Notes: generated by a model not told the origin, from the sequence alone. 45,801 nucleotides of DNA from Chloroflexota bacterium (GCA_027593235.1 JAQCIU010000025.1:1-45801); one strand, 5' to 3'; counted from the first letter of the stretch, positions 29,527-41,056 are shown. A program made the numbers and translations.

Positions 29527-30282
29527 CTACTCCAGCAACTGCTCGCGCAACGCCTCGAAGGTGTCGTCCTTCACGCCGTGGGACGCCAGCAGGTCGGCGA
29601 CCGACCCATGCTCCTTGCGCACGCCCTCCAGGAAGCCGTGCATCTTGTCGGCCGGCGTCTCCATCCGCGATCGGATCTCCTCGGGCGTGCCTTGCGGCGT
29701 GCGCCCCACCTGTTCGAGGTAGTTGATCAGCCCGTCGATGTCAGCGTTGCTGCGCTCGTACTCGGAGGCGATCGTCTCGTCGTCGACCCCGACCAGCTCC
29801 ATCGCCATCGCGACCAGGATGCCGGTGCGATCCTTGCCGGCCGTGCAGTTGATCAGCACCGGATACCGATCTTCCTCGGCCAGCAGTTCGATACTGCGCG
29901 CGAAGCGTTCGGCGGCGCCGACCTTCAGGTAGTGCAGGTAGCGGTCCGCGCTGATCGCCGATCCGTGGAGGCCGTTCAGCTCGGCGGTGAACTGCGCCAG
30001 CGGGACGTCTTCGCGAAAGATCGAGTGGAAGACGACGGATGCCGGCGGCTCGCCGGTGCGGTACTCGGCGGCGCTGTTGATCTCGTCGGGGTGGCGAAGG
30101 TCCAGGATCGTCTGAACGTTCGCGTCGAGCCAGGCACGATCGGCCTCGGTGATGCGCTCCCAGGCGCCGGCGCGGTACAGGCGGTTGCCGCGCATCCGCC
30201 CGCCAGCGACGGTGGGGTACGCCTCGACGGCGCGAAGGTTGTGGAGCGACCCCATCCGGATCAGGTAGTCGGGCATCGTCAT
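29527..30282 (-). CDS. Tyrosine/dual-specificity phosphatase (Y_phosphatase3 / IphP-like)
   Basis: NLR, LYRAG, ILDLR and the P-loop CTAGKDRTG. Confidence 0.9.
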   Translation of the reverse strand: MTMPDYLIRMGSLHNLRAVEAYPTVAGGRMRGNRLYRAGAWERITEADRAWLDANVQTILDLRHPDEINSAAEYRTGEPPASVVFHSIFREDVPLAQFTAELNGLHGSAISADRYLHYLKVGAAERFARSIELLAEEDRYPVLINCTAGKDRTGILVAMAMELVGVDDETIASEYERSNADIDGLINYLEQVGRTPQGTPEEIRSRMETPADKMHGFLEGVRKEHGSVADLLASHGVKDDTFEALREQLLE

Positions 30283-30370
30283 TGCGGCCTCCTGGTGCGT
30301 TCCGCGCTGAGGCTACTCTCGCAGGCGGCTGTTAAGCGCGAGGTAACGCGCCCTCCGCTACGCTCGCGCG

Positions 30371-32083
30371 ATGAACCTCCTGGTCACCAACGCCCGCGCC
30401 ATCACCCTCGATCCTGACCGCCCGCGCGCCGACGCCGTCCTCGTGCTCAACGGCCGCATCGTCGCCGCCGGCGCGGCCTCCGAGGTGGCCGCGCTGGCCC
30501 CCGAGGGCACGCCCACCCTCGATGCGCGCCAGCGCGTGCTGGTCCCCGGCTTCGTCGAAACCCACACCCACCCGCTCGCCGCCGGCGTCGCCCGCCGCAC
30601 CTCCGTGAACTGCGGCACCCCGCCCAACCGCACCATCGAGGACGTGCTTGACCGCCTCTCCGACGCGGTCGGGCAGAACGAGGGCGTGACGCCGGTCCGC
30701 GGCAGCGTCTACGACGACTCGCTGATCGAGGACAACCGCCACCTCACCCGCGCCGACCTTGATCGCGTCTCCACGGATACGCCGATCGTCGTCACCCACG
30801 TCAGCGGGCACCTCGCGTACGCCAACTCCGCCGCCCTCGCGGCCGCCGGCATCGACGAAACAACCGCCGACCCCGAAGGCGGGCGCTTCGCGCGCGACCC
30901 CGCGCCCGATGGTGGGGCCGGTCGGCTGAACGGCGTCCTCTACGAGACCGCGCTGCGCCTGGTCGCCGGCGTCGCCCGCCGCCCGGACCGCGAGGAGCAG
31001 GTGGAGGCCGCGATCTACGCTGGCCGCGAACTCGCGAAGGTGGGCGTCACTTCCGTGCACGACGTGTCGGGCGGGATGGACTTCGCGAACGCCCTCGATG
31101 TCTACGGCGAGGCGATCCGTCGAGGCGAGTTCGCACCGCGGATGCGCATGTGCCTCCCCTACGCCACGCTCGCCAACCGCCATGGCCAGTTCGAAGCCGT
31201 CCCCTACCTCGCCGATGCCGGCTGGCGCAGCGGGTTCGGCGATCAGCGGCTCGCCGCCGGGATGATGAAGATCACCCAGGACGGCTCGCTGCAGGGCTAC
31301 TCCGGCGCGATCACCACCGGCTACCACGACCGCCCCGACGAGACCGGCATGACGCTCATCCCGCAGGACGTCCTCGACGTCGTGATCACCCAGGCCCTCG
31401 ATGCCGGCATCCAGGTCGGCATCCACGCCAACGGTGACCGCGCGATCGACTCCGTCCTCGACGCCTACGAGCGCGCCCTCGAGGCGAATCCCGTCGAGGA
31501 TCACCGGCTCCGCATCGAGCACTGTCAGGTCGTGCGCGAAGACCAGCTCGACCGCATCGCACGCCTCGGCGTCCACGTCTCGTTCTTCAACCTGCACGTC
31601 TACTACTGGGGCGCCCGGCACCGCGATCGGTTCTTGGGACCTGAACGCGGCGCTCGCATCTCCCCGCTGCGTTCGGCGCAGCAGCGAGGCATCCGCTTCG
31701 TCGGCCACTCCGACTGGTGGGTCACCCCCGTCGACCCGCTCTTCAACGTCCACGTCGCCGTGAACCGCCAGACCCGCGAGGGCGATGTCCTCGGACCGGA
31801 CCAGCGCATCGACGCCGAGAGCGCACTCCGCATGATGACGATCGACGGCGCGCACCTCGCGTTCGAGGAGCACGAGAAGGGAACGATCACCCCCGGCAAG
31901 CTCGGCGACCTCGTACTGCTCTCCGACGACCCCCTCGCCGCCGCCCCCGAGGCGATCGACGCCATCGAGGTCGACGCCACCATCATCGGCGGCGCCATCG
32001 CCTACGACCGTGAGCGCGACGGCGGCTCGCGCCGCGACGAACGCCTGTCGCGCGATCCAGGCCGCCCCGAGGCGTACGCGTGA
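30371..32083 (+). CDS. Amidohydrolase_3 (YtcJ-like) family protein
   Basis: PGFVETHTH, SGH...ANSAAL, K...DGSLQG, HANGDRAID, RIEHCQ, HSD.WVTP and KG.I.PGKLGDLV.L. Confidence 0.9.
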   Translation: MNLLVTNARAITLDPDRPRADAVLVLNGRIVAAGAASEVAALAPEGTPTLDARQRVLVPGFVETHTHPLAAGVARRTSVNCGTPPNRTIEDVLDRLSDAVGQNEGVTPVRGSVYDDSLIEDNRHLTRADLDRVSTDTPIVVTHVSGHLAYANSAALAAAGIDETTADPEGGRFARDPAPDGGAGRLNGVLYETALRLVAGVARRPDREEQVEAAIYAGRELAKVGVTSVHDVSGGMDFANALDVYGEAIRRGEFAPRMRMCLPYATLANRHGQFEAVPYLADAGWRSGFGDQRLAAGMMKITQDGSLQGYSGAITTGYHDRPDETGMTLIPQDVLDVVITQALDAGIQVGIHANGDRAIDSVLDAYERALEANPVEDHRLRIEHCQVVREDQLDRIARLGVHVSFFNLHVYYWGARHRDRFLGPERGARISPLRSAQQRGIRFVGHSDWWVTPVDPLFNVHVAVNRQTREGDVLGPDQRIDAESALRMMTIDGAHLAFEEHEKGTITPGKLGDLVLLSDDPLAAAPEAIDAIEVDATIIGGAIAYDRERDGGSRRDERLSRDPGRPEAYA

Positions 32084-32790
32084 CCGTCGAGGACGCGCGA
32101 CCGGTCTGCGTGATCGTCGGCGTCGGTCCGGGGACAGGCGCGGCACTGGTCAGCCGCTTCGCCTCGGCGTACCGCATAGCCATGATCGCCCGGTCGGCCG
32201 ATCGCCTCGAAGCGCTCGCAGGAGAGGTGGACGGCGCGTTCGCCTACCCCTGCGACGTCGCCGACGGCGCGGCCTTCGTCACCACGCTCGGACGGATCCG
32301 CGACGAACTGGGCGCGCCCGCCATCGCGATCCACAACCCGGTCGTTGGCGCGTGGGGCACCTACGATCAGCTCGATCCCGCGGTGCTCGCCGAGTCGCTG
32401 GCGACGAACGTCATGAGCCTGCTCCACCTCGCCCAACAACTCGTGCCGGCGATGGTCGAAGCAGGCGACGGCGTGCTGCTGTGTACGGGCAGCACCGGCG
32501 CCTACGAGGGCAGCGTGCAGATGACCGGCTACGCGCCCAGCCGCGCGGCGCAACGAACGCTCGCCGAGTCCATCGCAAAGTCCGTGGCGCCCGACGGCGT
32601 GCACGTCGCCTACCTCGTCATCGACGGCGTGATCGACACCCCGCCGATGCGCCGGTTCTACCCCGACGCGGAGGACGACTTCTTCATGCAGCCGGACGTC
32701 ATCGCCGAAGAGTGCTGGCGCCTGGCCCACCAACCGCGCTCCGCATGGTCGTTCCGTGCGGAAATCCGTCCCGCCCACCGGCACTGGTAA
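32080..32790 (+). CDS. Short-chain dehydrogenase/reductase
   Basis: IVGVGPGTG, R.LAESIA and GVHVAYLVIDGVID. GTGA overlap with the upstream gene. Confidence 0.88.
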   Translation: MTVEDARPVCVIVGVGPGTGAALVSRFASAYRIAMIARSADRLEALAGEVDGAFAYPCDVADGAAFVTTLGRIRDELGAPAIAIHNPVVGAWGTYDQLDPAVLAESLATNVMSLLHLAQQLVPAMVEAGDGVLLCTGSTGAYEGSVQMTGYAPSRAAQRTLAESIAKSVAPDGVHVAYLVIDGVIDTPPMRRFYPDAEDDFFMQPDVIAEECWRLAHQPRSAWSFRAEIRPAHRHW

Positions 32791-32864
32791 CGGGACAACG
32801 CACCGGCACTGGTAACAGGACAGCGGACCGGCGCTGGTAACAGGACAGCGCACCGGCATTGGTA
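32776..32864 (+). repeat. 25-bp direct tandem repeat, about 3.5 copies
   Basis: Units start at 32776, 32801, 32826 and 32851 (partial). Consensus CACCGGCACTGGTAACAGGACAGCG, with no spacers. Confidence 0.92.
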
Positions 32865-32870
32865 GGCCCC

Positions 32871-33449
32871 ATGACCTCGTCACCGACCTCGGACTTCGAC
32901 CCTGCTGCGCTTCCCTCCGCGCCCCGCGTCATCGCGATCGCCGGCATGCCCGGCGCCGGCAAGAGCACCACCGCCGCGCTGCTGGCGGCCCGCCTCCCTC
33001 GAGCGGCACACGTCGAGGCAGACGTCTTGCAGCAGATGATCCTCGGCGGCGGCGAGTGGCCCGCCGGCGGCCCAATCCCCTCCGAGGAGGCCGCCCGTCA
33101 GCTTCGCCTCCGCCTCCACAACGCCTGCCTCCTCGCCCGCTCGTTCGTCGACGCCGGATTCACCGCCGTCGTCGACGACATCCTCATCGGCTCCCGCATC
33201 GACGACCTCCTCCAAGACCTCGAAGGCGTCCCGCTGAGCTTCGTCATGCTCACCCCGGATTACGAGCTGGTCCGCCAGCGCTGGATCGCCATCAACAGCC
33301 CCTTCGCCGACACATGGGCCTGGATCGACGAAACAATCCGTACCAGCACCCGCCGCCTCGGCCTCTGGCTCGACCCCACCACGCTCACCCCGGATCAGGT
33401 CGCCAACGAAATCCTCCGCCGCCTCCCCGAGGCCACCGTCACCCTCTGA
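32871..33449 (+). CDS. P-loop NTPase/kinase (AAA_33-like)
   Basis: Walker A GMPGAGKST, HVEAD and AGF..VVDD. Confidence 0.82.
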   Translation: MTSSPTSDFDPAALPSAPRVIAIAGMPGAGKSTTAALLAARLPRAAHVEADVLQQMILGGGEWPAGGPIPSEEAARQLRLRLHNACLLARSFVDAGFTAVVDDILIGSRIDDLLQDLEGVPLSFVMLTPDYELVRQRWIAINSPFADTWAWIDETIRTSTRRLGLWLDPTTLTPDQVANEILRRLPEATVTL

Positions 33450-33604
33450 CCACCTGCACCGCCTGACCGCCTGACCGCCCGACCACCTGACCACCTGACC
33501 GCCCGACCACCTCACCACCCCACCCGCCTGACCACCTGACCACCTCACCACCCGACCGCCCGACCGCCCGACCGCCCGACCACCCGACCATCTGACCGCC
33601 TGAC
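33446..33604 (+). repeat. Degenerate 8-bp tandem repeat tract (GACCRCCY)n
   Basis: About 160 bp of ctgaccac/ctgaccgc/ccgaccgc units directly after the kinase stop codon. Confidence 0.88.
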
Positions 33605-33773
33605 TCGATACCCATCGTTCAGACCCAGGAACCGGCTGGTCGCCTACCCGAGTCAAGACCCGATGCCGCACGCCACCGTGCCGGGATGATCATGAAATTC
33701 CTCATCCCCGACCAGGCACGAAAACATGCCCTCACGACCCGCCGTTGCCGGGAGTCGGGCGTACGATCCGCCG

Positions 33774-34181
33774 ATGCCAATCCAACCGGGCGACACCGCC
33801 TCCCGCACGATGCTCGTCACCCCCGAGGTCGTAGAGGCCTACGCCCAGATCACCGGCGACCGGAACCCACTCCACTTCGACGAAGACTTCGTCCGCCGCA
33901 CCCGCTTCGAGGTCTTGATCGCCCAGGGTGGCATCGCCACCGGCATGCTCCACGCCCTCGTCGCCATGGACCTGCCCGGTCCCGGCACCGTCTTCCTCAA
34001 GCAGGAGTGGACCTTCCCGGCGCCGGCGCGGATCGGCGACACGCTCACCGCGACCGGCACCATCCAGTCGTGGCGCGCCAATCGCGCGATGGGCGTGATG
34101 TCGTTCGCGGTCACCAACGACCGAGGTGAAACGGTCCTCCAGGGCGAAGCGACCGTGATGCAGGTGACCCCTGCGGAGTGA
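33774..34181 (+). CDS. MaoC-family (R)-hydratase
   Basis: YAQITGD.NPLHFD, IAQG and LPGPGTVFL.Q...F.AP..IGD. Confidence 0.9.
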   Translation: MPIQPGDTASRTMLVTPEVVEAYAQITGDRNPLHFDEDFVRRTRFEVLIAQGGIATGMLHALVAMDLPGPGTVFLKQEWTFPAPARIGDTLTATGTIQSWRANRAMGVMSFAVTNDRGETVLQGEATVMQVTPAE

Positions 34182-34244
34182 GCCCCCGCGCTGAGCCCGC
34201 TGGCGCGCGCCCCGCGGCGGGCACGTCGAGCCGTATGCCGAGCG

Positions 34245-34637
34245 CTAGCCGATCCAGACCACCACGCCGAGCCCCACCATCACCACCCCGATCGCGAGGT
34301 AGACCAGCTCGGTCGTCGACCAGCCGGGCTCGTCGTTGAGGGCGGCCACCTCGACGGCAATAAACCCGCCGAGCAGCGCGCCCGCCACGATCGAGAGCAG
34401 CCCGCCCATCTCTCGGTTGGTGATCAGTTGGACGGTGGCCAGGACCGCACTGCCGCCGACGACCACCGCGAGGATCAATCCCGGGACCAGGAAGCTGCGG
34501 AACGGCGTGCGGCTCAGCACCTCGGTGGGATAGCGCGTTCCCTCGAGGCCAGCGATCAGCGCAACGCCACCGCCGATCGCCGTCAGAGCGACGAACAGGT
34601 CGAAGAAGAGCAGCAAGGCGTGAGGAACTTCGCTCAA
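34245..34637 (-). CDS. Small integral membrane protein (4 TM)
   Basis: ALTAIGGG.AL and L..TPF.SFLVPGLIL..VVGG. Probable TTG start 34637 after AAGGGA. Start uncertain. Confidence 0.7.
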   Translation of the reverse strand: MSEVPHALLLFFDLFVALTAIGGGVALIAGLEGTRYPTEVLSRTPFRSFLVPGLILAVVVGGSAVLATVQLITNREMGGLLSIVAGALLGGFIAVEVAALNDEPGWSTTELVYLAIGVVMVGLGVVVWIG

Positions 34638-34817
34638 CGCATCGTCCCTTGGGAAAAGCCCGGCAGCGAGGTGACGGTCCAGCCGGTGGTGAGCAAGACA
34701 ATCACGGCGATGCGGGCGTTCGTTTCCCAATCACTCTGCCACACCCCGATCGCGAGCATCCAGAGCCGCAGCGCGATTCACTCGATCGCCCGCTGCCGCA
34801 GCGCCAGATCGCGGCTT

Positions 34818-34985
34818 GAGTCCCGGTAACCACGAATGTCCATCGGAGGCGCGCCGCCCTTCCGGCGGTGGAGCCCGGTTCCCGACCCTCGATTGTTGGC
34901 TGCTGCGTTGGCGATCAGGAGGCTGCTCCCGTCCCGCGCTCAGCCCGCGCCGGGGGCTAGCCGGCCGCGCAAGGCCAGGGGACTC
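34818..34985 (-). ncRNA. Candidate structured non-coding RNA (about 168 nt), family not identified
   Basis: Terminal stem GAGTCCC (34818-34824) / GGGACTC (34979-34985), extended by G-U pairs on the minus strand, with internal hairpins. Lies in a long gap without a convincing CDS. Confidence 0.3.
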
Positions 34986-35128
34986 GCCTCGTTCGTCGCG
35001 ACCGTCCGCGAGCGTGATCCGAATGGGTGGGGGTACCCCGCTACTGCGCGCTTCAAGAGCGTGTTCAACTGGTAGCAGGCCGATCTCGTCGATTCGCCGT
35101 CCCCAGCACCCCATCCCGGAGCTTCGTT

Positions 35129-36997
<1,869 letters not shown>

Positions 36998-37148
36998 CGT
37001 TCCCTCCGTCGGGACGCCGCCCTCAAGACGACTCCCTCGAGACACGCGGCCGCTGTCTCGGGCGCGACGCGTTATCTGTCGGGTGTTTGACAGCGGTGCG
37101 ATGCGGCTGTTTCGATTACAGGTGTCGTGTCGCGCGAAGGAGGGTCCG

Positions 37149-37232
37149 ATGAGGCTTACCAATATCCCCCGACCCCCCGTCCGCGCCCGTGTCGTCGCCG
37201 GTCACGCACTGACCGTCTCCCGCGCCCACTGA
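37149..37232 (+). CDS. Candidate 27-aa leader peptide MRLTNIPRPPVRARVVAGHALTVSRAH
   Basis: Full AAGGAGG SD (37137-37143) 5 nt before ATG 37149. Alternative stem-loops follow it before the ABC genes. Confidence 0.45.
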   Translation: MRLTNIPRPPVRARVVAGHALTVSRAH

Positions 37233-37388
37233 GCGACGGCTGGCCTACCGGACACGGTCCGGGGCGTCTTCCCATCCCAACATCCTGATTGCCGGACCTG
37301 ACGCCGTGTGGCGCCGGGGGCCGGTACCCGGCCGTCCCGTGTGCGCTGCGCGCCGCCCGACGGCTCGACAACGAAGGTCGAGGTCAAT

Positions 37389-39260
37389 GTGACCACGCAG
37401 ACGATCGCGGCACCCGCCGCGGCTTCGCGCTGGAAACGCCTCAAGAGCAACCAGCGCTGGCACTACCTGCGCATGTTCTGGCGGCAGTACGCGCTGGGGC
37501 TGACGCTGCTTACCGGCGCGGCGTTCCTCTCACTGATGCCGCCGATCATCCTCCGCGACGCGATCGACGGGATCGATAACGGCACCACCACACGTCAGCT
37601 CGCTACGTTCGGGCTGATCATTCTCGGGCTGGCGTCCGCGGAAAGCGCGATCCGCTTCGTCGGTCGGCTGCTGGTGTCGAACAGCGCCCGGCGGATCGAA
37701 TACCACCTGCGCACCGATCTCTCCGATCAGTTCATGCGGCTGGATCGCGGCTTCTTCCTGCGGTCGCGCACCGGCGACCTGATGGCGCGCGCAACGAACG
37801 ATCTGCAGTGGGTGCGCGATCTGCTTGGGCCGACGTTCAACGAGATCTGGCGCACCGTCATCATGGTCAGCTTCGGCATCGTGCTGTTGCTGACGATCGA
37901 CGTGCGGCTGACCTTGATCGCCATCGCCTACATGCCGTTCATCGCCGGCATGGTGACGTTCCTGGAGACGGGGATGGAACGGCGGTTCATCAAGGTGCAG
38001 GACCAGTTCGGCGTCCTCACCAACCGCGTCCAGGAGAACATCAGCGGTATCCGCTCGATCAAGGCGTACGCACAGGAGGACGCCGAGGTTGAGACGTTCG
38101 CCGGCGAGAACCGCGAGATGATGCGGCGCTCGATGTCGTTCGCCTATTACTCGGCCGGGTTCTTCCCCGCCATGATTTTCGCGACTGGGTTGGGAACCGG
38201 GCTCGTGCTCTGGTTCGGCGGTCGTAGCGTGGTCGATGGCGACATTACGCTCGGCCAGTTCGTGCAGTTCAACACCTACCTCGCGCTGCTTTCGTCGCAG
38301 CTCGCGGGGGTTGGCTGGTTTGTTGCCGCCTGGCAGCAAGGCACCGCCTCGATGCAGCGGATCGCCGCGATCCTCGAGGAGGAGCCGGCGATCGCCGACC
38401 CGCCGCACCCGCGCGACATCGGCCAGATCCGCGGTCAGATCGAGTTCCGAGGCGTGACGATCCGCCACTCGCCCGACGGCCCGGCGGTCCTCGATCGCCT
38501 CGACCTGACGATCGAGGCCGGTACGACGGTCGCGATTGTGGGCGAGACCGGGAGCGGCAAGACGACGCTGGTCGATGCGCTGGCGCGCCTCGTCGACCCG
38601 GACGAGGGCGCGGTGCTCGTCGATGGCGTGGACGTCCGCGAGTTGTCGCTTCGCGACCTGCGTGCCGCGATCGGCTTTGTGCCGCAGGAAGCGATGCTCT
38701 TCTCGGACTCGCTGCGCGAGAACGTGGCCTTCGGCCGCGTGGACGCCTCCGACGACGAGATCGCCCAGGCGGTTGAGATCTCGAAGTTGTCGAACGACCT
38801 CGAGCAGTTCGCGGCCGGGATGGACACCGTCATCGGTGAGCGCGGGATCTCGCTCTCAGGTGGGCAGCGCCAGCGCGCGACGCTAGCGCGGGCGCTGGTC
38901 GCTGATCTGCCGATCCTGGTGCTCGACGACTCGCTGTCACACGTCGATACCCATACCGAGGAGGAGATCCTCAACGGCCTGCGTGAGTACATGCACGACC
39001 GCACGACCATCATGATCGCGCACCGCACCTCCGCGCTCGCGGCGGCCGATCGCGTCGTGGTCCTCGATGGCGGGCGGATCGTCGAGGACGGGACGCACGA
39101 CGAGCTGGTGGCGCACGGCGGCGTCTACGCGCGGCTGTACCACCGTCAACAGCGCTTCGAGACGCTGGTGGATGCGGGGCTCGTCGAGGACGCCGCGGTC
39201 GTCGATGGCGACGAGCGCGCTTCGGCTGGCAGCAAGCGGCCGCAAGGAGGCCCGGCATGA
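37389..39260 (+). CDS. ABC exporter, fused TMD-NBD subunit 1 (degenerate Walker B)
   Basis: TGDLMARATND, GETGSGKTT, LSGGQRQR and LDDSLSHVD (Asp in place of the catalytic Glu). Start GTG 37389. Confidence 0.93.
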   Translation: MTTQTIAAPAAASRWKRLKSNQRWHYLRMFWRQYALGLTLLTGAAFLSLMPPIILRDAIDGIDNGTTTRQLATFGLIILGLASAESAIRFVGRLLVSNSARRIEYHLRTDLSDQFMRLDRGFFLRSRTGDLMARATNDLQWVRDLLGPTFNEIWRTVIMVSFGIVLLLTIDVRLTLIAIAYMPFIAGMVTFLETGMERRFIKVQDQFGVLTNRVQENISGIRSIKAYAQEDAEVETFAGENREMMRRSMSFAYYSAGFFPAMIFATGLGTGLVLWFGGRSVVDGDITLGQFVQFNTYLALLSSQLAGVGWFVAAWQQGTASMQRIAAILEEEPAIADPPHPRDIGQIRGQIEFRGVTIRHSPDGPAVLDRLDLTIEAGTTVAIVGETGSGKTTLVDALARLVDPDEGAVLVDGVDVRELSLRDLRAAIGFVPQEAMLFSDSLRENVAFGRVDASDDEIAQAVEISKLSNDLEQFAAGMDTVIGERGISLSGGQRQRATLARALVADLPILVLDDSLSHVDTHTEEEILNGLREYMHDRTTIMIAHRTSALAAADRVVVLDGGRIVEDGTHDELVAHGGVYARLYHRQQRFETLVDAGLVEDAAVVDGDERASAGSKRPQGGPA

Positions 39261-41056
39261 CCTCGTTCTTCCAGGAGGACGAGGCCGCAATCGGCAACGT
39301 CTATGACCGCCAGATCGCCGGTCGTCTGCTGACCTATCTGGGACCGTACCGGCCGCTGATCGCGCTGATCTCGGTGCTGATGCTGATCGGCGCGGGGCTG
39401 ACGCTGACCGGGCCGCTGATCGTCCGCCACGCGATCGATGAGCAGCTCATCGTGGGGCGTACCGACCAGCTTGGCTTCCTCGCGTTGCTGTTCTTCGGCC
39501 AGCTCGTGATCGCGTTCGTGCTGCGCTACATCCAGGACGCGCTGATGGCGCTGGTCGGGCAGCGCGTGATTATGGACATGCGGCAGCAGCTCTTCCGGCA
39601 CCTCCAGCGGATGTCGATCTCCTACTTCGATCACAACCCGGTTGGGCGTCTGGTCACGCGGGTGACGAACGACATCGCGACGATCGAGCAGGCGATCACG
39701 GTCGGGGTGGTGACGATCCTCGCCAACCTCGTGATGTTGATTGCGGTGATCGGTGCGCTGCTCTACCTCGACTGGCGGCTCGCGCTGCTGATGTACGCGT
39801 TCCTGCCTCCGTTGCTCTGGTCGATCCGCTACTTCGCGGAGAAGCAGCGGGATCTGTTCCGGGAGCAGCGGCTCTGGCTCGCCCGCATCAACGCGTTCCT
39901 CAACGAGACGATCACCGGCGTCGCGGTGGTGCAGCTCTTCAACCGCGAACGGGAGTCCGGGCGCCGTTTTGACCGCCAGAACCAAGCGTTCCTGAGCGCG
40001 AACCTGCGGTTCGTCTTCTGGTACGCGGTGTTCGAGCCCACGGTCGTGCTCTTCGCTGCCGGCACCACGGGCGCGATCCTCTGGTACGGCGGCGGGCGCG
40101 TCCTCGGCGACTCGCTGAGCCTCGGGACGCTCGTGGCGTTCATGCAGTTCATGACGTTCTTCTACTGGCCGCTGCGCGAATTGGCGCAGCGGTACACGAC
40201 GCTGCAGCAGGCGATGGCGTCGGCGGAGCGCGTGTTCGGCGTGCTCGACACCCCCGAGGAGTTGACCGACCTCGCGGAGCCGGAGCACCTGGGCGCTCGC
40301 ATCTTCGGGAAGATCGAGTTCCGGAACGTCTGGTTCGCCTACGACGAGCCGAACTGGATCCTCAAGGACGTGTCGTTCACCGTGCAGCCCGGCGAGTGGA
40401 TCGCGGTCGTCGGTGCGACGGGCGCCGGGAAGACGACGATCCTCTCGCTGCTGACGCGCTTCTACGACGTGCAGCGGGGGCAGATCCTGGTCGACGACAT
40501 CCCGATCGAGCGGCTGCCGCAGCGGGAGCTGCGCCGGCACGTCGGGCTGATGCTCCAGGAGCCGTTCATCTTCACCGACACGATCGAGGAGAACATCCGG
40601 CTTCGCGACCAGAGCATCAGCGGCGAGCAGGTCCGCACCGCCGCCGAGCAGATCGGCGCCAGCACCTTCATCGATCGACTGCCCGAGGGCTACTCGACCC
40701 TGCTCGCCGAGCGCGGCGGGAACCTCTCGACCGGCCAGAAGCAGCTCGTGGCGCTCGCGCGCGTCGCGGCGTTCAACCCGGAGATCGTGCTGGTTATGGA
40801 CGAAGCAACGGCGAGCATCGATCCGGAGACCGAGGAGACGATCCAGCGCGGTATCCGCGAGGTGATGACCGAGCGCAGCTCGATCATCATCGCTCACCGC
40901 CTGAACACGATTCGCACGGTGAACCGGATCATCGTCCTCGATCACGGCGTGCTCGTCGAAGAAGGGACGCACGAGGAGTTACTGGCCGCCGGCGGCCAGT
41001 ACCACCGCCTCTACGAGCTGCAATACCGGGATGACGTGGTGGTGACGGGGGCCTAG
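39257..41056 (+). CDS. ABC exporter, fused TMD-NBD subunit 2
   Basis: PVGRLVTRVTND, GATGAGKTT, LSTGQKQL, MDEATASID and IAHRL. ATGA overlap with subunit 1. Confidence 0.93.
   Translation: MTSFFQEDEAAIGNVYDRQIAGRLLTYLGPYRPLIALISVLMLIGAGLTLTGPLIVRHAIDEQLIVGRTDQLGFLALLFFGQLVIAFVLRYIQDALMALVGQRVIMDMRQQLFRHLQRMSISYFDHNPVGRLVTRVTNDIATIEQAITVGVVTILANLVMLIAVIGALLYLDWRLALLMYAFLPPLLWSIRYFAEKQRDLFREQRLWLARINAFLNETITGVAVVQLFNRERESGRRFDRQNQAFLSANLRFVFWYAVFEPTVVLFAAGTTGAILWYGGGRVLGDSLSLGTLVAFMQFMTFFYWPLRELAQRYTTLQQAMASAERVFGVLDTPEELTDLAEPEHLGARIFGKIEFRNVWFAYDEPNWILKDVSFTVQPGEWIAVVGATGAGKTTILSLLTRFYDVQRGQILVDDIPIERLPQRELRRHVGLMLQEPFIFTDTIEENIRLRDQSISGEQVRTAAEQIGASTFIDRLPEGYSTLLAERGGNLSTGQKQLVALARVAAFNPEIVLVMDEATASIDPETEETIQRGIREVMTERSSIIIAHRLNTIRTVNRIIVLDHGVLVEEGTHEELLAAGGQYHRLYELQYRDDVVVTGA

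Noticed and set aside
32776-32864. Possible CRISPR array
   Set aside because: The repeats are contiguous with no unique spacers, and there are no cas genes in the window.
32880-33671. Minus-strand 263-aa ORF with WSGG repeats
   Set aside because: It is a translation of the octamer DNA repeat plus the antisense of the P-loop kinase gene.
34850-34930. SRP RNA or a known riboswitch (SAM, cobalamin, TPP, c-di-GMP)
   Set aside because: There is a GGAA-containing hairpin, but the SRP CAGG...GGAA...AGCAG arrangement and the riboswitch consensus cores are absent. Kept only as an unidentified RNA candidate.
37257-41056. Degenerate ATPase site in the ABC pair as a novelty
   Set aside because: One degenerate and one consensus site is standard for heterodimeric type IV exporters.
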